In this document: in pieces, positions 53,131-64,000 of the stretch
Layout: every line of letters begins with the position of its first letter
How positions within the stretch are numbered: position 1 is the stretch's first letter
Source of the DNA: Prorocentrum cordatum
Lineage: Eukaryota
Length of the DNA: 64,000 bases
NCBI GenBank assembly: GCA_963575745.1
Contig: CAUYUJ010000015.1
Location: 248,001-312,000 of the forward strand
Reading direction: 5' to 3'
Position numbers and translations under genes: made by a program
The notes under the pieces: generated by a model
Databases searched by the model: none
What the model saw: only the letters and a program-made list of their open reading frames with translations
What the model was told of the DNA's origin: nothing

Positions 53131-53829
53131 TCACCGACAAGTGCCAGAGCTCGCTGCCTCTGATTGCGGGCTCGCCTCCCGCGCTTCTCCAATTACACGT
53201 GGCCGGGAAGAAATATAACCCCCCAAGAGGGGTACGATCGAAGACGAAGAGGGCGGGTATCCAGGGTGCGGGATATGCATAGTGAATGACACGCGGGCAG
53301 ATAGGAGCGAGCAGTCTTAGAATGATTGTTGTTGTTGTTGCTGTTGTTGTTGAACTCTCACTTCTGAGGAATAAGTATTGTTGATCCCCCCGTCCTGTGC
53401 ACGCTGCTTTTTCTATTGAAATGCCCATCCAGGGGCTCGCACCCTGTTTTTTAACAGAGAGTGTCTTAAGGGTCAAACTGCGCTGTTGGCCCCCAGTTTA
53501 CAACAACAGCGGCTCCCGCCTGATACTTCCTCACAATTTGTTGAAGAATCGCGCTATCGCTTGGGATTTCCTCGCAACTTACCACCGAATCGCGGCTCCC
53601 GCTTGATACTTCTTCAACGTCTATTCAGATGCCGCTCCTCGACACTCAGGAGTCGTGCTCCCGCTGCATATTGCCTGGCGGTTCAAGCAGAATTTACGCT
53701 TGAACGACCCGCCCGCTCGACCCGCCCGTCTGGGCCTGCCCGCCCGACCAGCCCGTTAGGAACTGCAGTCGCCGCTCGCTGCCCTTCGCCCGCCTTCGAT
53801 GCCTCTCGCTGCCCCTATTGGTTCCGCGG

Positions 53830-55620
53830 TCGCCTTCGCTCGCTGCCCTTTGTGGCCCCGTTTCTGCCCTCAGTGGCCCCGTCGCTGCCCACTGTGGCCC
53901 CGCAATATATGCCCTTCGTGGCCCCCGCTCGCAGTCGCCCGTCGTGGCCACATACGCATGCTCTTCGTATCCCCGCCGTCGCCCTTCGTGGCCCTCTCGC
54001 TGCCCTTCGTGGCCCCATTGCTGCCCTCAGTGGCCCCGCTGTCGCCCTTTGTGGCCCCATATACGAATGCCCTTCGTGGCCCCCGCTCGTTCGCGCCCGT
54101 CGTGGCCCCATAATTATGCATGCCCTTCGTGGCCCCGCTGTTGCCCTTCGTGGCCCCCTCTCTGCCCTTCGTGGCCCCGTTTCTGCCCTCAGCGGCCCCG
54201 TCGCTGCCCTCTGTGGGCCCGGATTAGTTGCCCTTCGTGGCCCCCACTCGCTCGCGCCCTTCGTGGTCCCATACGCATGCCCTTCGTTGCCCCGCTGTCG
54301 CCCTTCGTGGCCCCCTCGCTGCCCTTCGTGGCCCACTTTCTGCGCTCAGTGGCCCCGCTGTCGCCCTTTCTGGCCCCATATATGTATGCCTTTCGTGGCC
54401 CCCGCTCGTTCGCGTCCGTCGTGGTCCCATATGCATGCCCTTCGTGGCCCCGCTGTCGCTCTTCGTGGCCCCGTTTCTGCCCTTCTCGGCTCCGTTTCTG
54501 TCCTCAGCGGCTCCGTCGCTGCCTTCTGCGGTACCCTATACGTATGCCCTGCGGGGCCCCCGTTCGTTCGCGCCCGTCGTGGCCCGCGCTAACAACGGCT
54601 CCCGCCTGATAGTTCCTCACAATTTATTGAAGAATCGCGCTCTCGCTTGGGACTTCCTTGCAATTTACCGCCGAATCGCGGCTCCCGCCTGATACTTCCT
54701 CACAGTTTATTGGAGAATCGCGCTTTCGCTTAGGATTTCCTCGCAACCATACGCATGCCCTTCGTAGCCCCGCTGTCATCCTTCGTGGCCCTCTCGCTGC
54801 CCTTCGTGGCCCCTTTGCTGCCCTCAGTGGCCCCGCTGTCGCCCTCTGTGGTCCCCTATACGAATGCCCTACGTGGCCCCCGCTCGCTCGCGCCCTCCGT
54901 GGCCCCATATGCATGCCCTTTTGTGGCCCCGTTGTCGCCCTTTGTGGCTCCCTCGCTGCCCTTCGTGGCCCCGGTGCTGCCCTCAGCGGCCCCGTCGCCG
55001 GCCTGTGTGGCCCCGGATTGAATGCCCTTCGTGGCCCCCGCTCGCTCGCGCCCGTCGTGGCCCCATATGCATGCCCTTCGTCGCCCCGCTGTCGCCCTTC
55101 GTGGCCCCCTCGCTGCCCTTCGTGGCTCACTTTCTGCCCTCAGTGGCCCCGCTGTCGCCCTTTCTGGCCCCATATATGTATGCCCTTCGTGGCCCCCGCT
55201 CGTTCGCGCCCGTCGAGGTCCCATATGCATGCCCTTCGTTGCCCCACTGTCGCCCTTCGTGGCCCCCTCTCTGCCCTTTCGGTTCCATTTCTGTCCTCAG
55301 TGGTTCCGTCGCTGCCCTCTGCGGCCCTCTATACGCATGCCCTTCGTGGCCCCCGCTCGTTCGCGCCCGTCGTGGCCCCATATGCATGCCCTTCGTGGCC
55401 CCATTGCTGCCCTTCGTCGCTCTGCTTGCCATGTGTGGTCCCCATCGAGACCTTCGTGGCCCCTTTGCTGCCCTCTGTGGCCCCGCTGTCGCCCTTTTTC
55501 GCCCCATATATGTATGCCCTTCGTGGCCGCCGCTCGCGCCTTTCGTGGTCCCTTCGCTGCCCTTCGTGCCCTTCATGGCCCCCGCTCGCTCGCGCCCTTC
55601 GTGGCCCCATTGCTGCCCTT
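53830..55620. repeat. GCCCTTCGTGGCCCC minisatellite with higher-order periodicity; ~85-bp repeat family at 53505-53615 and 54590-54748
   Basis: Directly visible. Confidence 0.92.
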
Positions 55621-57288
55621 CTCTCGTCGTGGTCGTCGTCGTCGTGGTCCTCCTCTGAGGTGCTCCTCCTCTTCCTCCTCCTCCCTCCTCTCGTCGTGGT
55701 CGTCGTCGTCGTCGTGGTGAACCCGCTGTCTGTCCATATTGGGGTCGGGTTGCCGCGGGTCGGTGTGTGCATCGCCAGCGCTGCCACTGGCCAGGCCGAC
55801 GGTCCGCCGTTTGCCGGGGCCCGGTTTGCCGGCCTTTGAGACCCACTGGCCCAGGTTCTTCTGCAAACTTCGAATGAAGGCCTCCGTCGACGAGGCCCCC
55901 GGGGCGTTCCCGCAGGTTTTCGGAGCCTCTGGAACTGCTCGGTGGTCATCGGGGCCATTCCGAGGCCCCCCAGAGATCATAGGAGGCTTCCGGGTGCCTT
56001 CCAATCCCCCCGCGCGTCGTTTCCACACCAGTCTCCGTTCGTACCCACCTGCCCCCACTGTTCAACGATCTTTCCCAGTCTTTTCTGCTTTTTTCCCTTT
56101 ATCATCATTTTCATTTCGTTCGTATTCCATTGTGCTATCTTCAGTTCTTCGCATTCCGCCAACTCCCCCCCGGACTGCCCCATCCCACCCCAACAATCTC
56201 CACCCCTTCCCGCTCGCATTCCGCATTTCTCCCAAATTATTCCCATTCCCTCCTCCAGATTCCCCCGCGCGCCCCCCGCTCCTCCGCTCCCCCCCCGGTT
56301 CCTCTGCTCCACCCCTTGCCGTTCTTCCTCCTGAGACCCTACTCTCGCCCACCCCATCCCAATCCACTCCACATCCCCGCGCTCCTCTCGACGCGGTTGC
56401 ACTTCTCACGATCCTTCCGCCCCGATCTTTCAACATCCCGTTCTTTTTGAGGGTTCCGCGCAACTTATTGGACACCAGTTCCCAGCTGTGCGTCCCCCGT
56501 GGCGGCATCCACTATGTGTTCTTTCAAGGGGGTTGTGCGTGGTGTTGTTTATGGCGCGACCCATGGCGAAACTTATCGTTAACGTGTGTTGGAGTGGCTG
56601 GCGCGAGCCATGGCGCAAGCTGGATCGCCAATCGCAGCGCAAATCGTCGTCCTCCCTCCTTCTGGCCCTTCCCCTCACTTCCCCCGATCCCTTCGTCCTC
56701 ACTATCCCTCGTTATCTGCTACCCTTCGTTTTCAAGGGCTGCACCAACCACGCGCGGCAGGGAATGAATATACCCCCCCAAAGGGGGTGCGATCGAAGAC
56801 GAAGAGGGCGGGCATCTAGGGCTTGGGATATGCGCATTGAGTGACACGCGAGCATATAGGAGCGAACAATCTTAAAATGATTGTTGTTGCTGTTGCGTCG
56901 TCGACGTCGTCGTCCTCGTGGTCGTCCTCATCCTCGTCGTCGCCGCCTTCGTCGATGTCCTCGTGGTATGGTGGTGGTAGTGATCCTCGTCGTCGTTGCG
57001 TCGACGTCATGGTCGTGGTCGTGGTCGCGGTCGTCGTCGTCGTGGTCATCGTCGTCGCCTTGGTGGTGGTGATCATCATCATCGTCCTTGTCGCTGGCGC
57101 CGCGGCCGCCGTCGGCTCTCTGTTGCCACGCTGGATCCCCCTCGGGATCATGGTCAGAACGCATCCCAGGATAGCTTCGGGGCAGACTCTTGAGGGGGTC
57201 GTCGTCGTCGTCGTGGTCGTCGTCGGCATGCTTCTCGTCCTTGTCGCTGCGGCAGTCGCCGCCGCCGGCGCCAACCTCGCCGCCGAAG

Positions 57289-58135
57289 GTCAACATCTGG
57301 GAGCTCATCCTGGTGCCGTGGACGTGCCTGCTCCTCATCCTTGTCTGCTACCTGCTGGCCGGGTCGCACGGGCAGGTGCCTGGGCGGCGCGCGCAGCGGG
57401 GGTGGGTGGGACAGGGCCCATACAGGGAGGGAACGGCCTGCCGAGAGGAGGCCGCTCGCCCGTCTGCTCGAGCGCGCGGGGCGCGCGGCCCTGGAGGGGC
57501 CGCTTCCCCCCTTGGGAGGCCCGCCGCCCACTGAGACGGCTGCCCTCGCTGACCCTGGGTCCTCCTGCTCGCCGCCGCAGGTTGCTGCGATGTGGCTCGT
57601 CCCGACGGTGATGATCGGGCTCTCCGTGGCCTTCATCAACTGGCACTACAAGCTCGGGAACAACGCGGAGGTCGTCTTGGGCCTGCTCTGCATTACCGCG
57701 GTGCTGATTGGGCTGGTGGTGGGGGTGTACGCGGCGGTGAAGACCCTGAGCGAGTACAGGCGCCTCAGCATGGGCGCCTCGTACTTCAACGTCCTGGCCT
57801 CCGAGCCTGCGGCCGGGCGCGTGGACGGGGCCACCTTCATGTTCGTGAACGGGACTGCCGTGGACCAGTCCCGCGCCTTCGGCTACACCGACATCTATTC
57901 CTCCTCCGCCACGATGTACTGCGTCGCGCCGGTCGTATCGCAGGACGGCGGCAAGCTCAGCACAATCAGCTTCTGGGTCGCGGGCACCGACTGCTGCGAG
58001 GCGCGGGGCAACTTTTATTGCGGCGAGGCGACCATCGCGGGCGCGAGCGGCGCACTTATGCAACCGCAAGCCATGCAGAACAGCGAGGGCTTCCGCCATG
58101 CCATCACCGGGGCGAACAGCGCGTACAGCCTACAG
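57289..58135 (+). CDS. Two host exons (57289-57375, 57581-58135) of a multi-pass membrane protein with a Cys-rich domain
   Basis: VNIWELILVPWTCLLLILVCYLLAGSHGQ|VAAMWLVP...YCVAPV...FWVAGTDCCEARGNFYCGEA...YSLQ; GT-AG intron 57376-57580 joins in frame; candidate GA donor at 58136. Confidence 0.8.
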
Positions 58136-59744
58136 GACCTCATTCACCCATGGCGAGTTGATGGTCTCCAGGGGGGCCGCGCGAGAGCGCGAAGATACTT
58201 GCGATTCGCGCCGCGCGAATCGCGGAGTTGGGTGACCCAGAGGACTTAGATGTCTTTGGAAGCGCTCAAGGCGGTCCGTCACATGTTTGCAAACTTTACA
58301 TTTTGAGTTAACTAGGTTAATGTCCTCGTGCCTGTGACAGTGCAGCTGAGTTTCTCTTCTGCGATCCTTTCCGCTCCCGTGCCGATATGCACGGTTTCCA
58401 GTATGTGGTGTCCCGCTTCCGTTTCTGGCAAACGGAGTTGATCATATCAGTGCCGTTTTTTGTTTCCAAGTATCGGGTGATCTCTGGTGGGCCATGTTTC
58501 AAAACGCGCGTGTTCTCCCGTTTCTGTTGGAATCCACAGTCGCGTAATGTGTTTGTTGCACACTCCATGTCCGTACCGCTTCAGGGCTGGAGAATAATGA
58601 CTTGATTTTCAAAAACACCGTGAGCGGTTCTAACGACATTCATACTGCAGGATGCCCCGAGCTATCTACTCCTGGCGTGGTCATCCAATCCGAATGCATA
58701 TAGGGACAGTTTGTGGTCAAGCACTGTCACCCTGTTCTTGATCTTCGGCGGCGTGTACTTGGCGATCTCAGCAATGATCGGTTTCTCGCTGATGCCGGTG
58801 ATCATGTTGAAGTGAATCCGGAAAGGGAGAGAGGAGGAGGGCCAGGGAAGAAGAGAAGGAGTGGGAGGACGCGTCATTAGGAGTAGGAGGCGGAGGGGCG
58901 TGCGAAGGCAGAGTGAGGAGGAGTAGAAGAGCGCAGGTAGGGCGATGATGGGGATGAGTGAGCAGGATGAGAATGAAGAGGATCGTGGTGATGATGAGGA
59001 AGAGGAGCTCATTGGCACGCACAAGTGTACAGAATGAGCATTGCGCTCAATAGTGTACTGCGCAAGATGTGCAGCACTTAAGTAAACAACAAGCGGTGAA
59101 GTGCTCTTGCTGGACGCAATGTTAGATGTGTGGTCGAAAACATACATCCACGAAGGTAACTAGTGAGCGCGCAGTTGGAAATGCAGTCGCAATCGCAACA
59201 CACAACGGCTGTGTGACTCGCAATGGTTTCCACAAGTGTGTACCGACGCAGCGGGTCAACCGACTCAATCCATCACCGATCACAAAGTGATTCGGTTTTC
59301 TGGCTACATAGACATGGCCAGGGCGACTGCTCTAGTGTGAAGGCTTGATACTACACTGCGCTGTGCTAGCTTGGCTGAAACAGAACAGCCGCAACGGCCG
59401 CGTGCAAATTCAGACCTCATGCGCCAGCCCGCGGACATCCGCAATCAGACCCCCGTCGCGCATCGTAGACACCAGTGCTCACACGAAGCGACGTCGACTC
59501 CCGCCAGTGCATGCCAACTACTGAAAAACCAGACCCATGGCCTAGGCGCGAGGACAAAGTGGCGGTGACACCGTTCAAGAGGCCTACCCCCCAAGCTCAT
59601 TGACAAGCTCAGAGTAGGCTTGGCGGTGGCAGCAAGGCTGGGAACTCACCCAAAGTTAGGAATCGATTGAGCATAATTTTATGGAAGAGGAGCGGACCTC
59701 ACGACAAGCATGAGGTGATGACGATCAACGCGCATCGATGGGAG

Positions 59745-59976
59745 CGCTTGCTGATGATAGTTATGATGGTGATGATCATGATGAGGAGGAGGAGGATTAT
59801 GTTGATAATGAGGATGAGGATGAGGATGAGGACGATGATGTTGGTGGAGATGGATAAGATAATGGTGATAGTCGAGGTGACAGTTCTTGTGGTGGAGATG
59901 CTGTTTACTACGACGATGATGACGCTGTTGTTTTGTTGATGACGACAATGGTGATGGTGTTGGTGATGACGATGAG

Positions 59977-60013
<37 letters not shown>

Positions 60014-60085
60014 GTGATGATGATGGTTGTGCTGGTGATGGTGATGGTGATGGTGATAATGCTGCTGGCGGTGCTGCTGCTGATG
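59745..60085. repeat. (GAT)n microsatellite
   Basis: Directly visible. Confidence 0.9.
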
Positions 60086-60133
60086 TTTCCCACTGCCGAT
60101 TTCCCCACTGCCGAAGTGGCCGCCTGATGACAC

Positions 60134-60700
60134 ATGTATTTCTCAGCAGCAAGTTGCGCAGCATATGGCTCATGCCTGACAGATGGCGGACGACCTGATT
60201 ACGAGAATATTGAGAGATCAATTTGCAAATCAATGTTTGCAAGCACGATGCCAAAACAGCAGTGCCAGACGACTATGAGATCGACGGTGTCGGTTTCAAT
60301 GGAGGAGAGACGGAATACGCCATTTGAGGATGCATCCGCGAGACGGTTCCTCAGCAAGCAGATGTGGAAATCAGTTCGAGCAGACAAGAGACGCGATTGG
60401 AGACTTGAAGCCAGCCGCATGTTCAAGCAATGCGGGGACTTACGAAAAGTAGCCGGCATCAAGTCGCAACGCGAGAGCGAGCTTATCCCAGACATGCTGG
60501 ACTCAGAGGGCGGCACGCGACACGATGGGCAGAACATCGCAGATACATTGGCCAAACTTTACGGCCAGCTCTATCGCTATCTTCAACATGATAGCGGCCG
60601 GAATCAGCAAAAGCACGCGAGCAGACATACCCATGACCCGCATTCCAGATCTTTCGATGGAGGAAGTGCGAACAGCGCTCCGGCAGTTAAAAAAGGAGGA
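60134..60700 (+). pseudogene. LINE ORF2 fragment (endonuclease-RT linker)
   Basis: IADTLAKLYGQLY and, after a frameshift, IPDLSMEEVRTALRQLK, typical pre-RT motifs; cut off by (TACA)n at 60715-60960. Confidence 0.6.
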
Positions 60701-61455
60701 TCTACACACACGCATATATATATGTATGTATATATGTATATATATGTACATATATACGTACATACATACATACATACATACATAGATACATACATACATA
60801 CATACATACATACACACACATACATACATACATACATACATACATACATACATACATACATACATACATACATACATGCAACAATACATACATATACATA
60901 TATGTACATACAAACATACATACATACATACATAAATACACGTGTATATATATATACACAAGACTGTATTGGCGCTTCGCGCCATGCACCTTGGTTCTTA
61001 AAGCTCGGCATGCAGGATAACCAAATATAGCGGTGATTCATTGTTGCCGTTTGCGCCATCGTCGTTATAGTAATGTTATGTATTATCCTTATACTTCCTC
61101 TCCTCTTACTCGTAATCTTCCTTGTCTGCGAGCCACTCCTTGTCCTCATCCCCAGTTTTTATTGCAGGGGCTCCTCTTTGGAGGTGTTCTTGGGCCCCTC
61201 TCAAAAGCTTTTTGGGGACCTCTGGGGGCCTCCTGGGCGCCTTTTGGGGGCCTCTGGGGGCTTCTTGCGGCCACCTTGCTACCAACCACGGTCTCCCTGA
61301 ACGACCGGGTCACGATTTGGAGTGCTTCGGGAGGCGTCTTGGGGCCATCTGGGGCTGTCAGCGGGGCTCTCTTGGGGCCATCTTGCGGCCCTGTTGGACC
61401 ATATTGGAGCTCTTTTGGACTGTCTGGAAGCCCTTTGACACCGTTGTGGGAGGAT

Positions 61456-62969
61456 TTTTACCTAACAGCGAAGACTGATAGGTTTCTAGTTGACTCAAAA
61501 GAGCTCACAGATCACTCCACAGGGGGGTCCGGGCAGGTGTTGGGGAGTTGCCGGGCGGCAGGGTGCCGGGCTCGTTTTTCACCAACAGTCACACACTTCG
61601 TGCTCTTCGACTTCCCAGAACTCCATTCCCAGGCCACATTCTCAATACCCGGATGCAACAGTCACACACTTCGTGCTCTTCGAGATCCCAGAACGCCATT
61701 CCCGGGCCACATTTAGAATAACCGGATGCAACAGTCACACACTTCGTGCTCTTCGAGTTCCCAGAACTCCATTCCCGGGCCACATTCTGGAGCCCGGAGC
61801 CAACTGTAGGCCACTTCGTGCTCTTCGAGTTCCCAGAACTCCATTCCCGGGCCACATTTTGAATGCCCGGAGCCAACTGTAGGCCACTTCGTGCTCTTCG
61901 AGTTCCCAGAACTCCATTCCCGGGCCACATTTTGAATGCCCGGAGCCAACTGTAGGCAACTTCGTGCTCTTCGACTTCCCAGAACTCCCATTCCTGGGCC
62001 ACATTTTCAGCAGGGGCAAGAGCACGACGAGGAGGAGGACGAGCAAGACCAGGAGGACGAGGACGAGCAGGAGCAGGACGAGGAGCAGGAGGAGCAGGAG
62101 AAGAAGGACGAGCAGGAGGAGGAGGAGGACGAGCAGGAGGAGGAGGACGACCAGGAGGAGGAGGACGACCAGGAAGAGGAGGAGGAGGAGGAGGAGGAGG
62201 AGGAGGGGGAGGAGTACCAGGAGGAGGAGGAGGAGGAGGAGGAGGAGGAGGAGGAGGAGGAGGAGGAAGGGAGGAGGAGGAGGAGGAGGACGAGGACGAG
62301 GAGGAGGAGGAGGAGGGGGGGGGAGAGTACCAGGAGGAGGAGAACGAGGACCACCAGGAGGAGGAGGAGGAGGAGGAGGAGGAGGAGGAGGAGGAGGAGG
62401 ACACCACGAGGAGGAGGACGAGCAAGACGAGGAGGACGAGAACGAGGACGACCAGGAAGAGGAGAGGAGGAGGAGGGGAGGGGGAGGACTACCAGGAGGA
62501 GGAGGAGGAGGAGGAGGAGGAAGAGGAGGAGGAGGACGAGGAGGAGGAGGAGGAGGAGGACGAGGAGGAGGAGGGGGGGGGAGAGCACCAGGAGGAGGAG
62601 AACGAGGACCACGAGGAGGAGGAGGAGGAGGAGGAGGAGGAGGAGGAGGAGGAGGAGGAGAGGAGGAGAGCACCAGGAGGAGGAGGACGAGCAAGACGAG
62701 GAGGACGAGAACGAGGACGAGCAGGAGGAAGAGGAGGAGGAGGAGGAGGAGGAGGAGGAGGAGGAGCAGGAGAAAGAGGAGGAGGAGGAGGGCAGGCTGA
62801 GGCTGAGGCTGTGACTGCGACTGCCGTTGCCGCTGCGACTGTCATCGCGAATGCGACTACGACTGCGAGAACAGCAGAATTCGACAACTGGATTTTCATC
62901 TGAATCTTAAGGGGAATGCTTTCAGATATGCTTCTACACATCGCTGTTAGGTTGCTTTGCCGGGATAAT
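61456..62969. mobile_element. Non-autonomous Helentron/Helitron2-like element, copy 2, with 73-bp tandem repeat and (GAG)n array
   Basis: Same termini as 40021-42050; ACCTAACAGCGA / TCGCTGTTAGGT asymmetric inverted repeat; 73-bp units at 61793, 61866, 61939. Confidence 0.65.
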
Positions 62970-63405
62970 TGGGGCCTCTTCGGCGGACTCGGACGCACGG
63001 AATACCGAAGAACCGAATGTCCAAAAATTCAATAAAAAACTAAAGGAAAGTGTTGTTTTTTGCACTTGGAGGACCTCTTGGGGGTCTTCTTTGGGTCGTC
63101 TTCGGGCGTCTTGGGGCTGTCTGGAGCCGCGTGGGGCTCTCGCGGGGCCGTTTGGCCGCCCTCCTGACCGCTTTGGGCCCGCTGGCAAGGCCCGGCAGGG
63201 GCGTCCAGGAGGCCCGGAAGGCCCGGGGGACCCATTGCAAGGCGTCCAGGGGGCCCCAAAAGCGCCAGATCCCGGGGGTCCGATTTTCCGGGGGGGGGGG
63301 GGTCCCACCCCCCCGGATTGTAAAAATATAGAAAAGGGAATATATATGTATGTATGTATATATATATATATAATATATATATATATATGTGTGTGTGTGC
63401 ATATT

Positions 63406-63452
<47 letters not shown>

Positions 63453-64000
63453 ATATATATATATATGTGTGGGGGTACGAGGCCGGGGGCCTCTGGCCAG
63501 CTGCCTCGACTCGCCATGGGGAGAACCCCCCCCCCGGGCCTCTCCAGAGCCGCTCCGGGGCGTCTCCCGAGCGGCTCTGGACGGACCCTGGTGACGTTTC
63601 AGCACCAGGAATGGTTCCCATTTTCGACCCATGTCGCCGAAACACGTTGTAGAGGTGTCGGGAGGCCTCCAACATGGCTCCAGACGCTTCCAGGAGCACT
63701 CCCAAGAGAGCCCCGGGAGGCCAAAATTGATGTTTTTCCGAAGGTTTTGGAAGGATGTTGGCCTTCTCTTTTTTGTCGGTTGTACGACGCTCCAAGACGG
63801 CCTAGGAGGTCTCCAGGTCCGCCCCCGAGCAGCCCCAGAGGCCCCCAAGACAAGCCCAAGGCGGCCCCGGAGACCCCAAGGCTGGCCCAAGAAGGGCCCA
63901 AGAGAGGGACCGCGTACCGAACACCCAGGGCTCCCGCCTCAACAGTGAGCCTGGAGGCCCCAGGCAGCCCCCAAGAGTCCTCCAACATGGCTCCAAACGC

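Noticed and set aside
58300..59560. Possible LINE endonuclease remnants on both strands
   Set aside because: Motifs too degraded to call by eye.
61590..62010. CRISPR-like regular repeats (also 40150-40420 and 53830-55620)
   Set aside because: Head-to-tail tandem units with no unique spacers.

Overview
GC-rich, repeat-dense eukaryotic DNA, most likely from a dinoflagellate. This is inferred from GC/GA splice donors, relics of the dinoflagellate spliced leader and dinoflagellate-style PPR repeats. The window is mostly nested mobile elements and satellites, with a few host exons. (1) 1-7242: a tyrosine-recombinase (DIRS-order) retrotransposon with gag-like, RT-RNaseH and YR ORFs. I can reconstruct these only by removing 16 short (49-68 nt) GC-AG introns, and the element ends in a split direct repeat. 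(2) About 7.6-14 kb: decayed minus-strand genes, including a ParB-like/SET-like gene preceded by a relic spliced leader. (3) 21411-38453: a 17-kb DNA transposon with terminal inverted repeats and a TA target duplication, inserted into a LINE reading frame. It encodes a pogo-like DD35D transposase fused to an apparently circularly permuted OTU-like domain, plus intronless cargo genes (ParB/SET-like, EEP-nuclease-like, three unknown). It also carries more than 50 strand-polarised, frame-independent CCGC-AGNN-GCGG mini-hairpins and an array of TIR-type palindromes near its midpoint. (4) 38.5-64 kb: LINE remnants, two copies of a Helentron-like non-autonomous element, a TIR-bounded microsatellite element, PPR relics, minisatellites and host exons. 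All element ORFs in this copy carry stops or frameshifts. Domain calls are by-eye motif recognition, not database hits.
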